A stretch of 64,000 nucleotides of DNA from a virus (Duplodnaviria; Caudoviricetes): IMG/VR virus record IMGVR_UViG_3300028549_001457, positions 96,001 to 160,000 of that record; one strand, given 5' to 3'. Both the position numbers and the translations under genes were made by a program. The notes under the pieces are model-generated. The model was not told where the DNA came from and ran no database searches. It was given only the letters and a program-made list of their open reading frames with translations. This document shows positions 57,255 through 64,000 of this stretch, one piece after another; position 1 is the first letter of the stretch; every line of letters starts with the position of its first letter.

Positions 57255-59288
57255 ATGGGTCGGTTTATTCATGGTGTAATCTCTGCAACGTCTTATGACC
57301 CCACGGGGATGCCGGGGGAATACACCTTCACAAATGCTGTATACTCTAATGTCGCTGATGTAGAGGGCCTGGGCACCTCTGCATTAGCGACAGGTTTCCT
57401 CATCTATATTCCTGCGGTTGATAATGTTAATTTTTACCCAATCCCAGGGGTTGCCCATAGATACAAAATTACAGCATTAACTATCGAAGATTCTTCGCAT
57501 ATTAGCGGAACGATTATATGGAATGAAGAGGGGGCTGAACTAGATTACCCTGGAGTAGGGGTTGATGCCATTATCTCGCAAACTTCGGTTAATAATATTT
57601 TTGGGTTCCCTGTTAGTGAAATGGTGTATCCCACACTAGCAGGTGGGACCTCGTTAGCAGCATTAAACTTGGATACGAGTATTATAACTGATAATCTGGC
57701 AGGATCTGGGTTAATCCTAGGTCCAGCTCCTGACGGGTCCTATCTTAATGGTGCGGTCCCGCTAACTGAAGACCAGAAGATTTCGGATGCGATAGACCAG
57801 ATCAACTCAATAATGGGTTTCCTTGTTCCAACGGCACCCCCTAGCTTAGACACAATCACTCCCACAGTGTCTTTAACTTCTTATACTGCCAAGTTGTCGG
57901 CAAATGCCCCTGTCCCCGGACCCTATGCCGCAGGAGAAACGCTTCCACGGGTTACAAAAACTCCCACACCCGTTTTGACATATACGGGTTTTGGGTCTGC
58001 AGATAAGGGTTTAATCCATTCTAGGATTAACTCAACAAATTTTGTTTCGTTTAATTTAGAAACGGCTTTTGTTGAAGCCAATAGAAATGGCAATCAGGGG
58101 GATGGTTATGCAGGTTCGGCGCTACCTTACTCTCCTTCATCGTCTCGCCTTCAGATTACCTCTGTGGGTAGATACGCTTCTTTTGGAGCTTTCCAGACAG
58201 GGACTGTAATTTATAGTCCTTTATCCACGGATGCAGCTCTTGGGTATAATACCTATGAGTTGATCCATACGGTTAGTGGGGATAAAGTTTCTCCCACGTA
58301 TGTTCTCTACTATGATTCCTCAACTCTTCCTACCGCTGGTGCTCTTTCCGGGAGTATCCAGACAAGTTCCTTAAAGTATCTTTCGGGTATCCCTGCATAT
58401 GGGGCTGGATCTTCCATGAGTTTCTCCATGGCTGCGGCTACAGCTCCTTTTGCAAATACCTACATGACTACAGGGGTTTGGGCTACTCTAGCTGGATCTG
58501 CGGTGTCCTCAACTAATATCGTTTTAACAGATGCTTCTGCGGTAGGGGTCTCGAACCCACCCGCTATTGCGGATACCCCATCTATCTCCAGCAAAGTTCT
58601 TTCATTTAACTCTAGTCAGACTACTGATAGTCCCGCTTGGTCGGCCATTATTGTGAGCCCCAGAGGTAACAGTTCGGCTGCAAGTCATTCTAAATCAAGC
58701 TTTTATATTAACACATATGGGAATGACTCAACTGCAATTCAAGATACTTTTGTGGATGAACTTTACAGAATTCCCGCTGACGGTATCTATGATTCTGTTT
58801 CCTCTGTAACTTCAGCCACGTGGGATTCTTCTGCGGCTTTGGCTACCTCAGAATTAATGCTATTTTTAGGTAGCCTAAGGTATTCCAATAAAAATTTTAC
58901 CACGTATGCTCCTGTAGGTCCCGATTATTCAGGGCGGTCAGGGACGCAAGCATATGCTAGGAAGTTTACCCTAGCATCCACCACAAACGCGGTTCTTTAC
59001 TTAACACCCAACAGCCTTCCTAGTGGTGTTAATATCCGAGTGAAACTTCCTGGTTTAACTGGCTGGATTAACCCCCTATCTCCTTATTTAGGGGGGACTC
59101 CCACAAATGATGGTGATGGGTGTCTCGTAGGATCAACTTCTGTTGTATCTACAGAGATAAAGATCCCCATGACTTTTGGGACTAATTCAACTGTAAATTC
59201 TGGTGGCCTTGTGTTGGTTAAACTTTATTGGGATACTACAGTCTCGCCCACCTTTAATGTGACTAAACTCCGAATCGCTCTTAGTTAA
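57255..59288 (+). CDS. Virion structural protein (fibre/baseplate-associated)
   Basis: N-terminal ~150 aa paralogous to the 54743 gene; Ser/Thr-rich beta body. Confidence 0.75.
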   Translation: MGRFIHGVISATSYDPTGMPGEYTFTNAVYSNVADVEGLGTSALATGFLIYIPAVDNVNFYPIPGVAHRYKITALTIEDSSHISGTIIWNEEGAELDYPGVGVDAIISQTSVNNIFGFPVSEMVYPTLAGGTSLAALNLDTSIITDNLAGSGLILGPAPDGSYLNGAVPLTEDQKISDAIDQINSIMGFLVPTAPPSLDTITPTVSLTSYTAKLSANAPVPGPYAAGETLPRVTKTPTPVLTYTGFGSADKGLIHSRINSTNFVSFNLETAFVEANRNGNQGDGYAGSALPYSPSSSRLQITSVGRYASFGAFQTGTVIYSPLSTDAALGYNTYELIHTVSGDKVSPTYVLYYDSSTLPTAGALSGSIQTSSLKYLSGIPAYGAGSSMSFSMAAATAPFANTYMTTGVWATLAGSAVSSTNIVLTDASAVGVSNPPAIADTPSISSKVLSFNSSQTTDSPAWSAIIVSPRGNSSAASHSKSSFYINTYGNDSTAIQDTFVDELYRIPADGIYDSVSSVTSATWDSSAALATSELMLFLGSLRYSNKNFTTYAPVGPDYSGRSGTQAYARKFTLASTTNAVLYLTPNSLPSGVNIRVKLPGLTGWINPLSPYLGGTPTNDGDGCLVGSTSVVSTEIKIPMTFGTNSTVNSGGLVLVKLYWDTTVSPTFNVTKLRIALS

Positions 59289-59299
59289 GTGAGACTGGC

Positions 59300-60031
59300 A
59301 TGGCACTTACAGACTCCCAAAAAGTAGACATTCTCTGGAAGTCTCTCCAGAAACGCGCTACTTCTTCAACAGCTAAGGCCTTCTACGAGGAGGCTAACTA
59401 TTCTGTTAGCTCCGTTATGGGTAGTCAGATTTGGTCCCAAGCGGAGCAGATTCCCACCCCAGCCGTAGCGTCCTCCAGTGCCGTGATAAGTTATCATGCC
59501 TCCGTGCTACTGTCTGAGGATGTTACCGTAACTGGGCAAAAGTCGTTTAAGACCCCTCTAACAGATTGGATTCATCCTAGTATTGATGGGTCCTATCAGG
59601 TTCGTGTGTATCAAAATAATGGGTCTGGAGGCCTTGGGGCAGAAGTCCCCCCTACGGATACTTCCGATTGGGTCTTTGATTATAATTCTGGGACCCTTAC
59701 TTTCTTTGGAACAAATACGTCTCACGTAAAGCCCTACCTAATTAAGGGTTGGAGATATATTGGTCTTAAGGGGGTCTCTGTAGCAACCTCAACATTCTCG
59801 GATACTTTTTCTACAGGTGACTGGGGTGTTGATGCTGGGTCTGATGCCCTGGCTTTAAATTTTGTCCATGGATTAGGAACCTCGTCGCTTCAGGTGGATG
59901 TTTTTGAAAGTCTAGCGGAATCTTTCTTTAAGCCTACTCATGTAGATTGGGTTGCTAACGATACCACGTTAAAGCTCTTGATATCTACTAATGCTTCATT
60001 CTCCGGTAAATTGGAAGTAAGGATACTCTGA
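59300..60031 (+). CDS. Virion structural protein
   Basis: WVFDYNSGTLTF motif; C-terminal HGL module shared with fibres. Confidence 0.7.
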   Translation: MALTDSQKVDILWKSLQKRATSSTAKAFYEEANYSVSSVMGSQIWSQAEQIPTPAVASSSAVISYHASVLLSEDVTVTGQKSFKTPLTDWIHPSIDGSYQVRVYQNNGSGGLGAEVPPTDTSDWVFDYNSGTLTFFGTNTSHVKPYLIKGWRYIGLKGVSVATSTFSDTFSTGDWGVDAGSDALALNFVHGLGTSSLQVDVFESLAESFFKPTHVDWVANDTTLKLLISTNASFSGKLEVRIL

Positions 60032-60122
60032 TCTCTCTTTTTGCCTTTATATAGGCAGGGACACCTTGCTCAACACCTAAAACCTAATGGCCTTTTGTAG
60101 GCCCCAATCAAGGAGTATTTTC

Positions 60123-62306
60123 ATGGCTGAATTCCGCGAACCACTGCATGTAGTACATGGTGCAGCTTCCTACCTCAAGACCCTTGTGGTTCCCACGGCA
60201 GCTCCTGGGACACCTGCGCTGGGTCATATTTTCACCACTGGAAATGTTCTGCATTTCTATAACGGGACAGAAGATCTTTCTATGGTCAGCAACATCACCG
60301 CTCTTGGTGGTGATCTCTCTGGGACCCATGGTTCGGCTACCGTGACCGCCATTCGTGGAGCTGCTATTCCTGCTCCTGCGGCTGGTAATAATGGTTATGC
60401 TGTAACTTATGATCATGCTACTTCCAGCTTCGTATATACAGATGTTTCAGGTTTCGGCGCGGGTCTTGTTGAAGCTGAAGAATCTGCTCGTATCGCTGCT
60501 GATACTGCCCTTGGGATCCGTATTGATTCGGAAATCACCGCTCGTCAGGCTGCTGATGCTCAGGAAGTAATTGATCGCAACGCAGCTATCGCTGCTGAGA
60601 CTACTGCTCGTGCGGACGCTGATACAGTTCTGACTAATGCTATTGCTGTTGAGACTACTGCTCGTCAGGCTGCTGACACCACCCTCACCACGAACCTCGC
60701 TGCTGAAGTCACCGCTCGTGAGAGTGCTGACACCACCCTCACCACGGGCCTCAATGCTGAGATTACTGCTCGTACTGCTGCAGATGCTCAGGAAGTAATT
60801 GATCGCAACGCAGCTATTGCTGTTGAGACTACTGCTCGTCTGGCTGTTGCTACTGCGCTGAATGCTGAGATTACTGCTCGTACTGATGCAGATACAGTTC
60901 TGACTAACGCTCTTGCTGCTGAGACTACTGCTCGTACTGATGCAGATACAGTTCTGACTAACGCTCTTGCTGCTGAGACTACTGCTCGTGAGTCGATGTC
61001 TCTCCAGACAGTCTACAACCAGACAACTGGTGGCATTGCTAACATTAAGTTGGCCACGGGTAAGGATTTCCGCATCACTGATAATGATGATGACCTCATT
61101 TACTTTGGTGTTGACGCTGAGACTGGCCAGACCACCATGACCGGCCCTGTGGCTATTCAGGGCAACATGACTGTATCTGGTGAGCTTTACGTCACTGGTT
61201 CCACTGTTCAGATTGACTCCACCATCACCAGCGCTGATCACCTTGAACTGTCTCCTGACGGAGCCGTGACTGGTTTGAAGGTTGCACCCGGTGACGGGTT
61301 TAATGGTCTGCTCGTGGAGGTTCGCGGTTCTAATGAGGCAAATTTGCTACTGTCGATTGACGGTAGCGCCATTCACATTCCTGAAGCTGTGGAGCAAGAT
61401 TCTCCTGTAACTCTCTATCAGTTGCAGACTTCGGGTACAGATTCCACTCAGGCAATTGCAGATGCCATTGCTCAAGAAGTAATTGATCGCAACGCAGCTA
61501 TTGCTGCCGAAGCAACTCTTCGTGCAGACGCTGATACAGTTCTGACCAACGCTCTCGCTGCTGAAGTGACCAACCGCACAGCGGCTGACGCTGCTGAAGT
61601 GATTGCTCGTGATGCAGCTATCTTGGTTGAGACCACCCGTGCAACAGGTGCCGAAGGTACCCTCACCACGAACCTCAATGCTGAGATTACTGCTCGTACT
61701 GCTGCAGATACAGTTCTGACTAATGCTATCGCTGCTGAGACTACTGCTCGTACTGATGCTGATGCTACCCTCACCGCGAACCTTGCTGCTGAAGTGACTG
61801 CTCGTCAGGCTGCTGACACCACCCTCACCACGAACCTCGCTGCTGAAGTGACTGCCCGTATTGCTGCTATCGCAGCAGAAGCCACGCTTCGTGCAGATGG
61901 TGATCTAGCTAGCCAGACTCTCGCAGTCTCTGGTGATCTCTCGGGCAACCTGCCCAATCCCACTGTGGTCAAGATCCAAGGTATCTCCATTAGTGCCACA
62001 GCTCCTACCGCTGGTCAGACCCTTAAGGCAACCTCTGGGTCCGCTGCTCAGTGGACAAGCGCTCCTGCGTTCACCGGGACTTTCGTGGCAACTGATTTCA
62101 CGGGTGCCGTTGATAAGACCGTGTCTTTCGCCCATGGGCTCACCATGGTTGGCAACATGCTTCCTCAGGTTACCGTTTATGAGGATGTCTCTGGTGCCAT
62201 GAAGTTGGTTGGCGGAGTTGATGTTGAAATCACGACCACCCAGGTTATCCTGACCGTGGCCAACAACGCAGCCTTCAAGGGTAGCGTTCACCTCCTCTAC
62301 GTCTAA
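60123..62306 (+). CDS. Long coiled-coil fibre protein
   Basis: SD AAGGAG supports ATG 60123; many AAETTARxxAD repeats; two GDLSG motifs; C-terminal HGL module. Confidence 0.85.
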   Translation: MAEFREPLHVVHGAASYLKTLVVPTAAPGTPALGHIFTTGNVLHFYNGTEDLSMVSNITALGGDLSGTHGSATVTAIRGAAIPAPAAGNNGYAVTYDHATSSFVYTDVSGFGAGLVEAEESARIAADTALGIRIDSEITARQAADAQEVIDRNAAIAAETTARADADTVLTNAIAVETTARQAADTTLTTNLAAEVTARESADTTLTTGLNAEITARTAADAQEVIDRNAAIAVETTARLAVATALNAEITARTDADTVLTNALAAETTARTDADTVLTNALAAETTARESMSLQTVYNQTTGGIANIKLATGKDFRITDNDDDLIYFGVDAETGQTTMTGPVAIQGNMTVSGELYVTGSTVQIDSTITSADHLELSPDGAVTGLKVAPGDGFNGLLVEVRGSNEANLLLSIDGSAIHIPEAVEQDSPVTLYQLQTSGTDSTQAIADAIAQEVIDRNAAIAAEATLRADADTVLTNALAAEVTNRTAADAAEVIARDAAILVETTRATGAEGTLTTNLNAEITARTAADTVLTNAIAAETTARTDADATLTANLAAEVTARQAADTTLTTNLAAEVTARIAAIAAEATLRADGDLASQTLAVSGDLSGNLPNPTVVKIQGISISATAPTAGQTLKATSGSAAQWTSAPAFTGTFVATDFTGAVDKTVSFAHGLTMVGNMLPQVTVYEDVSGAMKLVGGVDVEITTTQVILTVANNAAFKGSVHLLYV
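60872..60989 (+). repeat. 54-bp (18-aa) tandem coding repeat
   Basis: tactgctcg unit starts at 60872, 60926 and 60980. Confidence 0.85.
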
Positions 62307-62321
62307 CACGTAGTCCTTTAC

Positions 62322-62359
62322 AAAAAAAAATGGCCGGGAGAAATCCCGGCCATTTTTTT
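62322..62359 (+). terminator. Intrinsic (bidirectional-type) terminator
   Basis: A9-TGGCCGGGA-GAAA-TCCCGGCCA-T7. Confidence 0.9.
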
Positions 62360-62443
62360 ATGCCTACAAATATTAGACTGTATTAGTGATTCTGAGTGGA
62401 TCTGACAATCAGACTGCCAACAATCTATTAGGAGACTTCTACT

Positions 62444-63124
62444 ATGGTGTCTAAACCCCTTCCAAAGACTTCTTCCAAAGAAATCCCAGCAGCATCCGCT
62501 CCAACTCCAGCGGCATCCGCTCCAACTCCTGTAGCGCCTCCCCCCGTTCCAGTAATTTCACCGGACACCCCCTACATTATCTATCTAACTAGGCACCAGC
62601 TTGATAACATTCTTGGGATTCTTTCTACCCCTTCAATGTTGGGTGGGGCCGAAATTGTTAAGCGTGGGATTCTAATTGAGACCGTCCAGCAGTCTGTCCC
62701 GGTGTCTACATATAATAAGGCCCTGCTGCAGCGTTTTGTAGCAGAACAGAAGGCTGTCCAGGACAAGGAAGAGGCGGAGCGTTTGTGGGCCGCTCGTGAA
62801 GCTGAAAAGCAAGCTAATCCAGAAGCTAAACCCATTATTGCAAATACAACCGCCACCTTCAAGCCCCATCATGTGCGAGAAGCGGAGGCCGCTGCTGCGG
62901 CTAAGGCTGCTGAAAAGAAGCCTGTTGCCAAGGTTGCAACACCCGCGAAGAAAACTCCAGCTAAGAAGCCGCCCGTTAATAAGGCTTCCGCTAAAGCTAC
63001 TCCTAAAAAGGTGTTAGTATCCTCTAAGCCTACCACTTCTAGTAAGAAGGTATCCACTCCAGCTAAGAAAGCTACTGTTAAGGCCCTTCCAGCTAAGAAA
63101 AAAGTATCTAAGCATAGATGGTGA
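62444..63124 (+). CDS. Protein with histone H1-like Lys/Ala/Pro-rich C-terminus
   Basis: KKPVAKVATPAKKTPAKKPPVNKASAKATPKK; SD AGGAG. Confidence 0.75.
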   Translation: MVSKPLPKTSSKEIPAASAPTPAASAPTPVAPPPVPVISPDTPYIIYLTRHQLDNILGILSTPSMLGGAEIVKRGILIETVQQSVPVSTYNKALLQRFVAEQKAVQDKEEAERLWAAREAEKQANPEAKPIIANTTATFKPHHVREAEAAAAAKAAEKKPVAKVATPAKKTPAKKPPVNKASAKATPKKVLVSSKPTTSSKKVSTPAKKATVKALPAKKKVSKHRW

Positions 63125-63141
63125 TATTATACGACTTTACT

Positions 63142-63177
63142 AAAAGGCCCAGCTTGATACTGGGCCTTTTTTCTTTT
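63142..63177 (+). terminator. Intrinsic terminator-like hairpin
   Basis: AAAAGGCCCAG-CTTGATA-CTGGGCCTTTT then TTCTTTT, abutting the next SD. Confidence 0.75.
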
Positions 63178-63190
63178 AGGGGAGGGGTTT

Positions 63191-63508
63191 ATGCCTGAGA
63201 AGAGTCTAGACGCATTGAGGGAGTCCCTTAGACCAGACTTTAAGGGTAAGTCCCAGAAAACAATGCCTGTTGTAGCTTCTTTTGAGGAGACTCCATCCAA
63301 CCCTGACCTAGTTAGTCTAGCTAGGTCAATGTCTCGGATATCCGAGGAACTTATTCGGCTTCGAGAGTCTCTACCCATGATCCAGGTTAAAACAGATCCA
63401 GACCTTATTTCAATGATAACAAAACTATCAGAGCAGCATTCAGCTTTTAAGGGGGATCTCGCTAGGATCCTAGAGCATCTCGGATACTCAGACCCTTCAC
63501 AGGATTAA
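63191..63508 (+). CDS. Hypothetical coiled-coil protein
   Basis: SD GGGAGG; 105 aa. Confidence 0.65.
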   Translation: MPEKSLDALRESLRPDFKGKSQKTMPVVASFEETPSNPDLVSLARSMSRISEELIRLRESLPMIQVKTDPDLISMITKLSEQHSAFKGDLARILEHLGYSDPSQD

Positions 63509-63509
63509 T

Positions 63510-64000
63510 ATGGCTGAAATTCAAACGGTAAAATCACAATTAAATGCAACTCTAACCCTTCTTGAAGACGTTAGTGAAACTATATGTCGGTTTGAGACCC
63601 ATCTTTCGGATCTAAATACCCAAATAACTAGTTTCGAGAATGGTGCGTTTGCCGAGGAAAATCCGGATGCCTCTGCTATCGCAAATGATGCCGCTGAGTT
63701 AAGGTCCCTTATAATCTCGCTGAAGCAGCAACTTGAGAAATCGTTCTCATCTGACATTGAGCCTCTTGCTGCTACGCTAAAATACCTGCATCACGAGGGT
63801 ATCCCCCAGCTTGTTGAAAATGCTAGTGCTCTGACAGTAACCGTGCAGGCTTTTCAGAATAGTATTCCCCTTCTGAAGGACTCGGTGAACTCAGTTGTGG
63901 CCAACCTAGCTCCTATTAAGGCAGATACAGAAGCCGCTGGTAGATTTGCGTCCTCCTTCCAAGAGCCCATGCAGGAACTTCTAGGTAGGGACGCTCATGG
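63510..64000 (+). CDS. Helical hypothetical protein (3'-truncated by window edge), absent from ORF track
   Basis: ATG at 63510 (MAEIQTVKSQL...) open to the window end. Confidence 0.7.
   Translation, partial: MAEIQTVKSQLNATLTLLEDVSETICRFETHLSDLNTQITSFENGAFAEENPDASAIANDAAELRSLIISLKQQLEKSFSSDIEPLAATLKYLHHEGIPQLVENASALTVTVQAFQNSIPLLKDSVNSVVANLAPIKADTEAAGRFASSFQEPMQELLGRDAH

Larger units (their letters stand above)
1..64000 (+). mobile_element. Segment of a large tailed dsDNA phage genome
   Basis: Unidirectional, tightly coupled genes; phage-type replication/recombination set, GroEL, fibre and collagen-like genes; no ribosomal or core metabolic genes. Free phage versus prophage cannot be decided from this window. 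Confidence 0.93.

Noticed and set aside
52490-61920. CRISPR array or DGR suggested by repeats
   Set aside because: Repeats are in-frame coding units without unique spacers; no reverse transcriptase, and no adenine-specific template/variable pair was evident between paralogous C-termini
1083-63757. Numerous minus-strand and nested ORFs in the track
   Set aside because: They are shadows of long + strand genes, mostly over low-complexity fibre codons, with no SD or recognisable domains
1-64000. Stop-codon reassignment as seen in some large phages
   Set aside because: Standard-code ORFs tile the window densely with tight stop-start coupling, and TAA, TAG and TGA all end genes

Overview
This 64 kb window looks like part of a large (probably jumbo) tailed dsDNA phage genome. 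About 65 tightly packed genes all lie on the + strand; the minus-strand ORFs in the track look like shadows. No rRNA, tRNA or CRISPR array was found. Contents in order: (1) replication core: SNF2 helicase (5'-truncated), degenerate DnaC-like loader, DnaB helicase, primase-type Zn-finger protein without TOPRIM, family A DNA polymerase with a ~145-aa insertion, and two sigma-like genes; (2) an accessory island (about 9.9-19 kb) with a STAS/SEC14-like protein, an envelope-spanning protein, a permuted NlpC/P60 amidase, an intact single-domain response regulator, a hybrid histidine kinase whose phospho-His is replaced by Thr, and a stand-alone class II RNR C-terminal domain; (3) fibre genes and low-complexity putative head proteins; (4) a second replication/recombination block: UvrD, a catalytically dead PolA paralogue, delta-prime and delta clamp-loader subunits, HU, SSB, RuvC-like resolvase, RecA, Rad50/SbcC split across two distant genes, SbcD, Cas4-like nuclease, beta clamp, GroEL; (5) collagen-like and coiled-coil fibres that share modules pairwise, and a histone H1-like protein. 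The strongest leads are the pseudo-kinase two-component module, the dead PolA beside the clamp loader, a recurrent TGTAT promoter-like motif, a structured-plus-CCAAC leader before the SSB gene, and the split Rad50. All assignments come from motif recognition by eye; no searches were run.
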